A program made the position numbers and the translations under genes. The notes below the pieces were generated by a model. It saw only the letters and a program-made list of their open reading frames with translations. It had not been told where the DNA came from and did not search any database. DNA of 64,000 bases from assembly GCA_964057225.1 (NCBI GenBank), contig OZ059896.1, positions 8,618,001 to 8,682,000 of the forward strand, written 5' to 3'. The DNA comes from Auanema rhodensis. Lineage: Eukaryota; Animalia; Nematoda. Positions 1 through 19,437 of this stretch are shown in pieces (the first letter of the stretch is position 1; the number at the start of each line of letters is the position of its first letter).

Positions 1-1168
1 CATTCGAAAATATATTTGAAGGAACAGCTAAAGATCCTACTCAAATTTCTTTAGCTTTCTATTCGGGTCTTTTCGCTTATTCTGGATGGAACTTCTTGAA
101 CTTTATTGTGGAAGAAATGAAAAACCCCAAAAGGCAAGCCCTGTCTTAATGATACAACTCAACTCATACTTACAGAGACCTTCCCTATGCTATTGCTATA
201 TCAATCTCAACTTGCACTTTAATTTACGTGCTAACCAATGTTGCTTTATATGCAGCAATTTCTCCAGATGAGATGCTTGAGAGTCCAGCAGTTGCTGTGG
301 TTTGTACACGACTAACAAAGGCTTTAGAAAATATATTTCAGCTTTTCGCTAACAAGTTGTTCGGACCGTTTGCCTTCTTGATGCCACTGTTTGTTGCATG
401 TTCTACTATTGGATCAGCTAATGGTGTTATCTTCACATCTTCTAGGTATGTTATAGTTTTAAATTTTTAATTTCAAAGTCATTTTACTTAAGATTGTTTT
501 ATGTTGGTGCCAGAGAAGGCCAAATGCCCATGGTTCTTACAATGATTAATAAGAAAACCAGAACTCCAATTCCAGCTGTTCTTCTTACTGTAAGCCATTT
601 TGTTTTTAAATTCTAATAGTACTTTATGAATCTCAGGGTCTTCTATCTATGTGTTATTTGGTTCTTTCTAAGAATATCTATGCTCTTATCAATTATATTC
701 AAATTTCTTATTGGTTAGCTATTGGTGCTGCTATCGTTGCTCTATTTTATCTGAGAAAGAAGATGCCTGATGCTCCCAGACCAATTAAGGTATTTATTAA
801 AAAAAATCATCTTCATCTTATTATTTCTTATAGGTTCCTCTTATTTGGCCGATTATTTTCTTAGCAGGATGTATTGCTTTAGTCATTATCCCTATCGTTG
901 CTGCTCCTAAGGATACCGGTAGCAAAATTCTTTTAGACTAAACCAAATTATAACTATTATAGCTGTTGGAATTCTTATAATGTTATCAGCTGTTCCAGTT
1001 TATCTTATCTTCATTTCTTGGAAAAACAAACCAGCATTCATTGACAAGTTGACAAGTAATCTTTATGATCTAATTTTTAAAGAAAAAAAAACATTTAATG
1101 TTATAGCTTCGTTCACTATTTTCATCCAGAAGATGTTCTTAGTAGTTGATGATTCTAAAGAAGATTAA
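1..1168 (+). CDS. aat-3: L-type amino acid transporter light chain (SLC7/LAT family), 3' part; 5' end lies outside the window; multi-exon
   Basis: Spliced translation [47 protein letters not shown]...[13 protein letters not shown]...[29 protein letters not shown]...WKNKP...[14 protein letters not shown]. Contains the SLC7 GW(N) motif. Closest from memory to C. elegans aat-3 (aat-1 is a paralogue). First intron 134-175 is GC-AG. Confidence 0.9.
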
Positions 1169-2063
1169 GAAAACGTAAGTTCTTCTGAGTAATCAGCTCT
1201 AGTTGATGATTTTATTGAAAATCTGTCGCGGTCGAATCTTGTTATGTTCTACTTTTGTTTGATTTTTTTCATTTACTGTTTTTGCTCTAAGTGATGTTCG
1301 AAGGGTTTTGCATTTTGTGCTTTTCGTATTTCTTTCTTTTTTTTTCGTAACAAATAAAGAGGTTTGTTTGAATGAGCATAAGTTTATAATAATTTAAGGA
1401 TGCAATATCACTGCAAAAATGAAACTCAAATAAATTTCACAATTATTTAAAAACGGTATGTTGAAAACCCGAAGATATTCTACTGAGTTGTCAAAGAAAA
1501 AGGATATTGTTCAATTGATCGCATTTGAATGAAATTAACTGATAAGTAACAAGAAAAAAAAATTAAAAATATTTGAGAAAATCACAAACAAGAACTAAAA
1601 TTGTCAATAAATCACAGTGATTGATATTTGAAAATATCTGTACAAAAACGTTACAATGAAACAACTTAAGGACTTGGTTTCTATTTAATTTTTTCAAAAA
1701 CGGTGGTAGCATCTAAGAAACAAGGTATAGGTTTTATGAAAGCTTTTATACTATACTTTGTAAAACTAATAATAAATATAGTAGAAATATATTTTTTCTT
1801 CTTTCATAACTGATATATAGTTGGTAGAAATTGCAAAATCAAAGAATCTAATCTCAAATTTGAAAATTCTATCGGTAAGTTGAACTGTGCCTAGAGTAGC
1901 ATACCCGATGAAATCTACTTATACTAAAGAGATCAGGATGGAATTTGTTGAGGGAAAAGGCAAAAAAAAGGAAAAAAATCTACAGTAGATAGGTCCTCCT
2001 GAATTGGGACGCTATAAGAGAACATGGGAAAGATGAGGAGTAACAAAGCGATATACAGAAAGG

Positions 2064-2104
<41 letters not shown>

Positions 2105-2220
2105 AAAGATAGAGAGGGAGGGAGGTGGGGAGTGAGGGACAAAAATAAAATAAAAACATTATATTTAATTAAATGTGTTACTGATATATTGACTATATTA
2201 TTGGGTTGTTACCACATATG

Positions 2221-7356
<5,136 letters not shown>

Positions 7357-7415
7357 AATGACAGTTTTCGGATGACAAAGGAAAAAAATAAAGAAGAGAA
7401 GACGGCTAAGCCGAT

Positions 7416-7425
7416 CTGAATATAT
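7416..7425 (-). promoter_or_regulatory. Probable trans-splice (or 5'UTR intron) acceptor of the DM gene
   Basis: Minus strand reads ...tatattcag|atcggc, about 60 nt before the ATG at 7356; no paired upstream donor was identified. Confidence 0.4.
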
Positions 7426-7670
7426 AAAAGTTTCAATCTTTGTATGAATATACATATATAAGACAATACAAGCTAATTTAAACGAATTGTCGACATGAAA
7501 ATGGTTTTAAACAAGAAAAAGAAAAACATCAATTTGTAAATAAGGAATGAAATAGATAAATTTGAAAACTGAGTTATATATAAAGGAAATTTCGTTCGAC
7601 AGATTCAGAAGAAAAATGAAATAAATGGGTATTGATGAAAATATATTTCTAAAACATTAACGGACAGGTA

Positions 7671-7712
7671 GAAGAAGAAGAAGAAGAAGAAGAAGAAGAA
7701 GAAGAAGAAGAA
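7671..7712. repeat. (GAA)n microsatellite
   Basis: About 14 tandem aga/gaa units read directly. Confidence 0.9.
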
Positions 7713-8105
7713 TAAAGAACAAAATCATCCAATGATCAACAAAAATCATTTTCAACTATAAGAAAGACATTTCAAGAAGAACCATTGATTGATACCAATG
7801 AAAGATATGTATAGCATTCTATGACGAGCTAGTCATTCAACTAGTATGGAGCCAATATATTCACCTTCATTGAATTCTTTCCAAATGAACTTTTTCTATT
7901 TTTTTATTTTCTCTGATGATTTTTAAATTCAAGTTTTCAGCCTTGTCTTTACCAATTCTTAAAGATTTCTTTTTTTCAACTTTAGCCTACAGTTGAACGT
8001 GAATACATTTCGCATTTTTTTGCTGAAAGAAAAAAGAAAAGATCGGGGGCCTATCAGTATGGTTGAACGATTAAACTAATGAAAATTATTTTAAAATATA
8101 AATAT

Positions 8106-8138
<33 letters not shown>

Positions 8139-9831
8139 AAAGATAGAGAGAGAGAGAGAGGGAGAGAGAGAGAGATATGAATAAATAGATAAATAGATAT
8201 ATAGATAGATGTATATATAAAGAAAGAACAACCAATTTGAACAATTGTAAAACCGGCTGATGTTATGACGTTGTCATATTTTTGATGATGACAATATTCT
8301 GCACATAGTTATCATAACAGTTGACATGGAACAATTCTGAAGACGTACCATAGACAGTGACGTTGGTAGATGTCTCGACGTTCAACGAATTGAATTAGAA
8401 GATGGCAATGGGGTTAGAAATTCAGAAAGAAAACATATGAATGACGTCAAGATTACAGAACAAATGGGAGCGAACAACAACAACAACAACAACAATAAAA
8501 TAAACAATTTTAGGATAAAAATGGTAATTGAGTACAGTTTATAACTTATTAAATGATACAATATATTAGATTAATTATAAAATATTATATAATATATTGA
8601 AAATTTCAATAAAAATATAAAAAGATACGAATGAAGCTAGAATGTATTCAATATAAGTTTCACATTAGCAAAGTACATATGTAAAACTATCTATATTGAA
8701 AGTTAAAATATAAAAATTGATAAGATAAATGATATGAATGTTTAAAATAGAAAAATGATTTGTAAAAGTGATAATTAAAATTGAAAAGAAGAGTTGAACG
8801 AGTTGAAACTAAGTTGAAATCAGGTCAATATTTTTAAAAAACGTAACAGGTGGTGAGCAATTATGTTCTAAGCACATTGATATTGATACACATCCAACTC
8901 ATCCAACTCACTTAACTCACAATAGATGCAACGTACTGAACTGTGAAGCTTTTTTGAGTACGACAATTGAAATAGTAGAAGAAGAAGAACACGACGACGA
9001 GAAGTATGATTATCTGAAGCAAATTCAAACGAAAATATTCTTTAGAAGAAGAAGAAGAAATTAATTTTTTTCGTGGCTTTTGTTTTTTCTTCTGAATTGA
9101 ACATTGAGAAAGATAAAGTTAGAATTCAGGCAGAAAAGATTAAATGAAATATCAATGAATTGCTGAGAATACACAATAATTTTTGAGATGAGATGCCAGA
9201 CATTGAACACTTCTCTACTGATAATAAGATTTTCGATTGAAAACGAATGAGGTAGTTAAAGAAGTGGTGAAAGTACAAAAGAAAAAGGAAACATAATTAA
9301 TTTGTATGAACTAAAATAAATTTTTTAACTATATATAATATTTCAGAAACCTCTTGTCACATGAAACGAGGCAAGACTACAGAAGAGGATAGAGAGAAAA
9401 GAAATATAAGTGGGAGAGATGGTTGATAGAACAAAGTCTTCACATACCCGACGCTCATGGGTCCCGATAAGCGAAAAAGAAGAAGGCAGGAGACATTAAA
9501 GATGGAAAATTTAGAGAAGAAGAGAGCATCAAAACATCATGATCTTCAAAAGATAAAAAAAATATTTTAGTGAGAACAGTTTGGACCATGAAAATATTTT
9601 AATAATCATTTAATAATAAAGAAAAAGAGATAGATAGAAAGAAAAGTAAGGTGCATAGAAAGAAAATTCAAGATACAGAGTAATTAGCTATAATAGATTC
9701 TTCATCATGTTTCTAATTCTCTCATATTAACAGCTTTATCGAATCATATATTATGTAGAAAAGAATTTTCTTTCTTTTTCTTTAAAATGATGATGATGAT
9801 TGAATGTAAAAATATTATATAGAAACAACAT

Positions 9832-9833
<2 letters not shown>

Positions 9834-9890
<57 letters not shown>
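9834..9890. repeat. (GA)n microsatellite, representative of many GA/TC tracts between 2 and 36.7 kb
   Basis: Perfect GA run. Similar tracts near 2069, 5208, 5783, 8144, 10336, 11187, 13745, 14170, 15508, 16757, 25075 and 36706. Confidence 0.9.
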
Positions 9891-9893
<3 letters not shown>

Positions 9894-11183
9894 AAACAGT
9901 ATCAGATGGTCCCAACAATGAAAGAAGACAACCGTTTCTTCTGTATCACAATGTATAATGCTTTCCGGAAAAACTTCTTTTTTTTTTTAAAAAAAACAAG
10001 CAATTTCTGAAAGCAAATTTTCAGCTAGGAATTGCGAACAATTTGTGATTTGTAAAGGAAAAAAGTCATGAAACATAAATTATTAATGATAAAATGATAA
10101 GAATAATATGAGAAGTGTTAAGAACCAAAAAACTATATTTTTGAAACTTTCAATAATTTTGCTAAATAATCATAGAATTTACGAAAAATAATAAAGTATT
10201 TGATAATAATGTTGATATGGAAGGCCTCGATTGCTGGTTGTTAGTGATGGTGATAGTGGTCGTCGTAGCCGTTGACGGGGTTGGGTGCTAGTGTTGGTTG
10301 GCTGGGTGGTTGTGGTGTGGTAGTTGGAGGGGGGGAGAGAGAGAGAGAGAAAGGGCTAGAAAGGGGGGCCTGCTGCTGTTAAGTCAGGAAAGGAAGGCGG
10401 GATGAAAGACCACGCCTACCTGGTAGCGTGGGTGCTTGTGTACCCGCGAAGCACCCATACGCGACGCATAACCGCCCGCCGAAGTGGCTGGTTGTATAGA
10501 ACGATAGTGTGAGTGTGATTAGTGAGAGAAAAATGTAAAGATGGATGGAAAAATTATAGAGGAATAACTAGTCAGATTGAGAGAAATGAGAAAGTAAAGG
10601 TGGAATTCATGGTTTATTCACGTGTTTTTTTATTTTTTTTTGAATTAGAGAAGTCTCCGTCGGTTTTGATGTCAATGACGAAAAAAAAAGTTTATAGAGA
10701 TATAGGTAAGTGTTCATATGTTAGAGAGTAAATGAAAAAGAAATATGTATACAGAAGATAGAATGAAGGTGGCGGAATACAGTGAATGATAACCCATAGA
10801 CTGATCGATTGATGACGCTTCAAATCGATTTTTTCGTTTTCATATTTCCTCTTATTCTTCTACGTGTTAACTTTTCTATCCTTCTCTCTCAATTCCTCTC
10901 TCTCTCACGTTCTCTCTCTCTCTCTCTCTATCTTTATCTCTCCTCGATTCTCTCTCTATATGAATTTCTCTGTATATTCATAAAAGAGAAACAGATAGGA
11001 AGAGAGAAAAAGAGAATTATGCGAGTAGAGCAAGATACACATGGCTTTGTGTTGAGGAAAATTCTTTTCCGTCAGTAAACGTTCACATAATCCGAAGATT
11101 CTGAAATAGTTGTCTCATAATGAACTACAGTTGGGTGTATTTCAGGGAGAACCTACTTTTCATCAAAATATGGCTCATTCTAC

Positions 11184-11243
<60 letters not shown>

Positions 11244-13263
11244 ATCATTCTCTTTATTTTTTTCCGCTACTCTATCTCTAGTTTTACCCAGAAACAGTAT
11301 TTGGCAAGGATTAATAACCAGGTTGAGGTTGTGTTTATGGCTATTAAAACAAAATACTGATTGCTGATTACAAGTATTGTATTTGAAAAAAAATATATTT
11401 CTACTAGCAAAATGAACATTATTTCAATCATTACAGTCAACATACCATAGCATCAACTGGTTAAAACTTTCCGAGAAAAAAAGTAGAAAAAATGAAAAAA
11501 AAAAGAAAGAATTTGGATAAGTTACTTCTAAAGAATAGAAATGCGAAATAGAAATGTGTTGAAGATAGAAAAACGGGAGGAGTGGAAGAAGGTAGAAAAA
11601 TGGTTAAACAAAGGGTATTCTTTGCTTTTTGGTACTGACAATTGACTCAAGAATTCAATGATCTTCATAGATGCAATGGTTTTCAAAATATTTCAATGTC
11701 TCTCGTACAGTTCTCTCTAATCTCTCTAGATCTCTTATTGTTTCTATCCTTCTTTCTCTTACCTTTTCAAAGATTGAGGCATAGCGAAGAAGAGGGAAAA
11801 TGATAGACAGAGGATGATTCAAAAAACGAAGTAAGAAAGTAGGCAGAAGAAGAGACGCGAAACCGGAATCCTGGGCAGGAAACAGGCTGTGACAACATGA
11901 AAGAACAAAAAACATTGATCAGTTCTGAGCATTTTCTAGACATTCATTACAGAAATGTTCTGGCAAATGTGAAATTTTAAAGAAAAGACATATTCAAAGA
12001 CAGAGATTATTAAGATTATGAGAGAATATTTTTCTCAGAGAGCAGTTCAGAAAAATCGAAAAGTTTCAGAGGGAAAACTGACAGAAGAGAGTTCTTTATG
12101 TCCTTGTCGTCTTGTTCCGTCTTCGCAATCGTCGACGAAAATTCTCTCTTCTCTTGTTCTTATGGCTGCTGTTAGGTTTCTACGGACAACGGGGGCTGTT
12201 ATACCTTGAAAGGATCATCGTTACATTCTGCGTACGTTTGCACCCAAGTGTTTGCGCAGATTTCCCAAACAGACCGCTAATACTAGACATTTTGCGCTAA
12301 ATGACGAATACCTGGTTTCTCTGTATCTTTCGGGTTTTCTCTCTCTCTCTCCCTCTCTCCTTCTCCCTCTCTTTCTTTTTCTCTGTTTTTCTCTTAGTTC
12401 TCTTTCATAATCTTCAGTATTTGGCTCACAATTTCATTTCATCTTTATATTCGTTTTTCTATTCTTCACTCAAAACTTGCAATGTACTTAGCTCGTTCCT
12501 TTTTTGTATATTTCTTGCCAAATAGAAATATAGTAGTAGTTGAGGCCTAACTTTAAAGAAACTGCATCTCTATTTTCTTGGACTTGAGGTCAGAATTTCT
12601 GAAAATTAAAAAAAAAAATTTTTTTTTCATATTATATTCTTCGGATTCTGGTTCAGATTCCTATTTGTTCCATATTAAACAACGAATCAAAGAGGCTTTT
12701 TCAGATTGAAAAGGAAAGCATATGGCAAGAGCAATGACTAAACAGAACATTGAAAAGCATAAGTTATGAAATAAAAAGAAAAATTATTTAATAAAATATT
12801 ATTTTGAAAGAAATTATATAATCATATAGTTATATAAATATATATTTATATATGTTAGTATATATATATATATATATAGGGAACAAAGAACTATGGCTTT
12901 GATTAGTTATATTGCTCTCTTCTTCTTCTTTTTCCCTCCCTCTATATCTTTCAACTATTTTCTTTTTCTTTTTATCTATATGATCTTACCATTTTCACTT
13001 TTACTAGTAATATTCTATTCATTATATCTTCTTTTATCTTTATATTGTTCTCTTCATATATCTTAATCAAATTCTTTTAAATATTTTGAAATTGAAAAAT
13101 GAAGCCTTAACTATATGTTCTCATAAGTGAGCATTCAATTATATACGTAAATACAGTATTGAAAAAGACTCGTAGTTTTAAAATTGAATCCTAACAAGAT
13201 AAAAATTACTTATAGTTAGTTGGGCTTCTGATTAAAATATTCTTTATACTATATACTATTTAT

Positions 13264-13269
<6 letters not shown>

Positions 13270-13318
<49 letters not shown>
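13270..13318. repeat. (TA)n microsatellite
   Basis: Perfect TA run of about 48 nt. Confidence 0.9.
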
Positions 13319-13324
<6 letters not shown>

Positions 13325-13744
13325 GTGTATAAAGCTTTTTGATATTCTAACAAAGCCGTTTTCAAGCATACCAATAGACATGTTTGTCGTCATCTTCAGA
13401 AGTTGATTACGTCATATACATCCGCGCTTGGTGTAAGTTATGAAAAGGTTCTGCACCACGTGTTCTCAAACTGTTTTCCGAAGCAAGCAAGAAGTATATC
13501 AGTTCTGTAGAACAATGAACAATCAATTTACGGAACGAAAAGTTGCCGTTACAACAAAAAATTTTTGAAAGTTTGATCAATCCACGTGGAATTTCACGTA
13601 ATTGTTCCGTTGGTTTTCAATCTAATCAATTAGTCATTCACAACCTTATGGATGTAAAGAACGGTTGTCTTCCATTTCAAACACTCCTCCTCTTCCATTA
13701 GTCAACTCCCTCGTTTTCTCATCCTTTCTTTCTTTTTTTCTCTT

Positions 13745-13779
<35 letters not shown>

Positions 13780-14170
13780 TTCTTTTTTTTAAAACTTTCA
13801 ATACAATTTCAAGAAAATATTTCTTAAAATATTACAACAATTAACTCTTTTTCGTGTTACTAACCAATCGCTTACATAGTATCATATGAGACTAAAGTTA
13901 CTTTTATAATAAATATGATTATTGGGTCCAAATAGTTACTCAATTAACAATAGAAATATATAGAAAGAAACATATAATTTATGTTTTCGGTTTTTTTCTG
14001 TTTTACCTGGTTATGATATGCAGAGAAAAGATATATCCAGTTCATTAACTGAATATACATATATATATATAATATTATAATATATATATATATATATATA
14101 TATTGGTAAGAGGGAGGAGATAAAGAAACAATATAGTCAATATAAGATAGGAAGAGAGGCAAACAGAGAC

Positions 14171-14232
<62 letters not shown>

Positions 14233-15504
14233 ATTTATATAGAAGAAAGGTAATACATATTTCAAAAAAATATTTGAGATAATCCATAATCTTTAGTTTT
14301 GATCTCTACTCGAACTCATGCAAAAAAATAAATAAAATATTATATATAATTAATTTATATGAACAAAATAAATTAATTATAATAATAATATTTATATATA
14401 ATAGAAAAAAAAATTTTTAATTTGTATTCACAAACAAGAATTTTTTCAAAAATTATGAACCAAAATCACTTTGAATACATTTTGATCGCATGACGGAATC
14501 ATTTTGAGTTTTTTTCCTACTACTTAGATCAATCAATTCAATGCTGTCAATCGAACCATTTTCATATTTTTTTGCATTTCTAATCTTTCTTCTCTCTTTC
14601 TCTTTCTTTATGAAATTCTTGGGTACATCTTGATTTTCTGTAATCAGATTTTGGCAATCTACCCTTAACATATGATATAAACCTTCTCCTTCTTCTTCAG
14701 CAAATATATTTTCTTTTTTTTTCCAAACCTTTCCCACCTTTTTCCTTCTTTTCTTGATACGAACAAAAAAAAATTTATTTATTAATTTTTAAAACATAGG
14801 AAATTATTAATCTCTAGTCTTTTGTCGTTTACAAATAAAAATTTTCAAATTTCAAATGTTGATAGTTGTTTGCAACGAAAAAAAACATAGAAATTTTTCC
14901 TTTTGTATTAAAGTTGTATCTTCTGTAACATAGTGTTTAATTACATTCTCACTGTCAACGCTAATTTGAAACAAATTTTTACAATTTTGTAGTTTCCGTA
15001 CTTGGTCATCTCCTTATCCCAATGATCAGTCTTATCAACTTTTCTCTCTGTCTCTTTGTCTTCCTCTCTTTCTCCCTCTTTTTCTCTCTCTCTCTCTTTC
15101 CACGTCTCGCAAAACGTACCCAAATTCTCTTTTTCTCTAAATCTCTTTCGATTCCCACAACTTCCGATGATGACAACAATCTTTCGATTATCAAAAAAAA
15201 AACTATAAAGTGGGGGAAAAACATAACAATACACAATATATTTATGTATTTTAATCTTTTTCTTCAACATACGTTCAAAATAATTATAATATTATAAGAT
15301 GAAATATACGCTTTTCAACTTATTCATATATGTTAATGGTTATAATTTTCTTATCAAGTTTACTAAATGATCTTTGTTATATATTTATATATAAATGTAT
15401 AATTTAATTATTAATTTATACTTATTTTTAGTTTATTCAGAAAATAATATTTTTAAAAGATAAAAGGAATTCAATGAGGGTATATGATACAGAGGAAAAG
15501 CAAT

Positions 15505-15564
<60 letters not shown>

Positions 15565-18500
15565 CATCACAGAAATGTTCCATAATCACACAGACTATGT
15601 CGCATGAAGCCCCTTCGTTTGAACGAACAAGAATTTTTGTAGAGAGATGATATTGAAAGAACAAGAAATGGAAAACGACAACGTTGACATCGTTGTGAAT
15701 TTGCCAATATTATAGAAACTTCTAGTCTAAAAGACTTTTCTCAACGTTAAATTCTGATGACGACAACGTTCATCGTATCATCCGTCTATCCATCCATCCG
15801 ACAAGTGCGATAATGGCGATGAAGTTTAACGACGATATGCTGCATCATTTGGAATGATAATCTGATTTTTGACTTCAATATAACATGAAACTTAATTGAT
15901 ATCTTATCAAAAGAAGATAACTTATGCCTCTTTAGTGTATATCTACAATCACTCTCCATCAATTCCGCTTCCTCATTCTTTCTCTATTTCACTAGTCTAG
16001 TATCATCTATTTCATTTTAAATAATTCTTAATAATGTTCTCTCTCTATGTCTCTCTCTGTCTCTCTCTCTCTCTCTTTATCATCAACATATAAAAGGAAT
16101 AATTTGCACAGCTGATAATCATCATAATCTTCAACAGAAAATATATTGAATTTGAATGAGAAAAAAAAATGTTTTTGTCAAATACACATACATGCAAACA
16201 TATAACATACATATGGAACAATCGTTTAATATTCTTTTTTTTTCTTTTCCTTTATTCATTAATGAATAATATTACTTCATGGATGTATTCAATAGTAAAA
16301 GAGAGAGAGAGAGAGAGAGAAAATTGTTGTGGGAGAGAGAGGAAAAAATCTAAAATTTAGTCTCATAATTTCAAATTCAATTCCAAAATTTGATACGATG
16401 ATTCTATATTAAATTTCAAGGAAATGGTAACATTCTTACTTAAATTAGCTTGCCCACCAAACATAGAAAGTTGAGAAAAAATTTTTTGACTAATCATATA
16501 ACTCAAATTCTATAGATTCATTTTCAAAATTTTCGTTTTTTTTTTCATAATTCTTATCGCATTACGAGAAATAATTTCTGTATGAGTAATACAATAACAT
16601 GGAAGGAAAATAGAACATTAAAGAAAAAAAGAAATGAACGGCGATATCTAAAGATACTTCTTCTATAGAAATAGAGGACATGATTAAGAGTTGTTGAACG
16701 AGAAAAAGAACAAGATAAGTTGAGAAAAAGAGAAACATGGAGACAGTGATTGAGACAGAGAGAGAGAGAGAGAGAGAGAGAAATACGAAAAGCATGATAG
16801 AGAGGGAGGAAAAGATACAATTTGCGTCATCTACAAAGATCAATCTCTTTATGTGTTCTATTCAGTGATTATTTCATATACAGTTATGTTTACACAGAAC
16901 CTTCCTCTATGTTATATCGCTATCGAATCATCAGAAATCGACATGTAGTCATATTACAGACTTTATGTCTCTTCTATTATAATCTTTTTCGTTTCTCTTC
17001 ATTTCTCTCAGCATATAACTCATATACAATCTATCTGATTGAATTGTACCCAACAATTTTATATTTATCGAAATGTAACTCAATTCAAACAGGAAAAAAA
17101 TAGAGAAACAGATGAAATATAGAAGAGAAACTGTTTGAAAATACTTGTGCTTATTCACGTGAACATCATGATTCTTATACTAACAGTACCTTTTAAATAT
17201 AATATTATGTCACAGTGTCCGATATATTTCTCTTTCTTTCCCTTTCTCATTCTCTTCCTCTCACACACCTTTTTTTTCATTTTTCTTTTGATGATTCGTA
17301 TTCCAATTTTCCATGTATTACTTTTGAAAGAAGATCACTTTAACGACATACGACGTTGAATTTAAAACAAAAAAAAAACGGAAAAAGTATTACAGAGGAA
17401 AAGCGAGAGAAACGAAATAAGAGAAAGAGGGGGAGAGAGGGAGGTGGAGAGAAAACTGATAAGAAGCTGGGTACAGTCTGAGAAAAAATGAAATAAAAGG
17501 TTATCTACTTGTGTCTCTCGCCCCTTTCCATGTGCTATGTCTTTAATGAATGATATGAACTATTTAAAACCACTTTTATATAAGATTATATACATTTTTT
17601 AGATGATAAACTACACAGATTATAAATTATAATCTGTCTTTTATCGTTGAAATGTTTTTTGAGCTCTTAAATATGAAAATGAAATTAATTTTAATTTGTA
17701 AACTCTCAAAAATTAATTATATAAAAAGGACATTGAATATATAATATAAATCATTATTGATATATATATATAGTTTAAAATTCAAAATAATCTATAGTTA
17801 TAGTTTATTTCTAAAGAAAAAAGATTGTCAATTTTAGATGATTGACTTAAACGAACTGATTATCTTCGTATAAGTCAGCCTCGTAATTCTTGGGTATCTG
17901 ACATTCATTATTAGAGAATAGCATTTAAAATTAAGAGAGATTAGAGAAATAGAAATATGTTGGGGCTGGTTTGAGTGCTGTCTGCACCTAGCTTGTTTGC
18001 GCGGTTGCCCTGGGAGCCTGATAGCCTGCATGCAATAGAGATTGGAAGAAAAAAAATGAGAGAAAGCTGAAACGTAAGAGATAGATAATTTTCAGAAAAG
18101 AAAAAAGAAAAACTGGGAAGAGGGGAAGCAGAACTGATTGTCTTCAGTTTATATGGAAAAATCTCCATTTTCATTGTTCATAAAAAAAGAAAAAGAAAAG
18201 GGAAATAGTGAGGAAAAGACAGTATACTATATACAAACAACTTTCCAAAAAAAAATTTTTTTTAATAGAAAAAAGATATTTTTCATGTTCTTATCTAGTA
18301 TAATGATAATTTTAATAAGTAAAACTTATAAAATAATGATAAGAAATAGATGTTCGGTACAAGGGTCGTAGATGAGCCATTCAATGTAAATGAGGAGGTT
18401 ATGTTCAGAATAGATAGATTAAAAGATTTTTAAGAGTTTGTCTTTAAAAGTTTTTAATCACTGATCGACTAACGTAAACACGTGTAGCCTTTCATAAAAT

Positions 18501-19384
18501 CTTCTCTATCACTTGATTTTCTCTCCGTTTCTCTCGTTTTCATCTCTTTTCATCTGCAGAATCCTCTTTCCTCCTCGTTTTTCATTTGGACAGTTATATT
18601 CACTGTCCGAATGTAATACTTGAACTCCCACTGAACTTAACATATTCCTAAACAATTATCTTTTCATGTTAAATCTGCAAATTCTAAGTTAATCTTCATC
18701 ATTTTAATGCAATAAAACATTATAATCGAGTGGTATGAACCGGTTACAGGTTGGACTATGATCGATAAAATGCTTATCAGGTCATCTAGTTTGAAAGGAT
18801 AAGAGCTAGAAGAAGGGTCTGATTGGCTGATGTAAAATGTTTTGATTTCTTAAGATGTTATCTATATACATCTGTATATACTATATGTATCAATAAAATT
18901 ACTTTCATTTAAAGAAAATTTTTATTTATTTTTCCCATTTAATGAATGATAAAGAAAGATTAAAGAGAAATAATTCGAAATCAAATCTCATTTATCTATA
19001 TTATTCTTTTTTTTTTGTCAAAATAATATTTATATTTATATTATTATTATTATATAATAAACTAAGAATAAATGTTCTAATTATATAGTTTTTATATAAA
19101 AATTCTAATATTACAATATAAATCATTATTTATTTAAAAAAAAAAGGATTTTTATAAAAAGATATCTTCAACAACGGTGGAATTTCAATGAATATATACT
19201 CTTTTTTTTTATAAATTTAATAAATATTTTTAAATATATTAAATATAAGTTTATAAACTTATAATGTTGTTAATCGTAATAAAACTTTTTTTTTCTATCA
19301 AATATTCTTCTTTTCATCTGTTTAAACTTTTTTTTCTATTGTACATGAGATGATCATTTAAGTTTGTCTTTCATACACACCAAT

Positions 19385-19437
19385 ATCATCATCATCATCA
19401 GCATCAGCATCAGCATCAGCAGCATCAGCAGCATCAT
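19385..19437. repeat. Compound (CAT)n/(CAG)n trinucleotide repeat, non-coding
   Basis: atcatcatcatcatcagcatcagcatcagcatcagcagcatcagcagcatca, with no supporting exon context. Confidence 0.8.

Noticed and set aside
9248-9256. TGAGGTAGT let-7-like start
   Set aside because: The rest of the mature sequence is absent and there is no precursor hairpin.
10303-10415. TRA-1/GLI-like sites (TGGGTGGTT; GACCACGCC) upstream of the DM gene
   Set aside because: Both mismatch the TGGGTGGTC core, and one lies in GT-rich low-complexity sequence; too weak to call.
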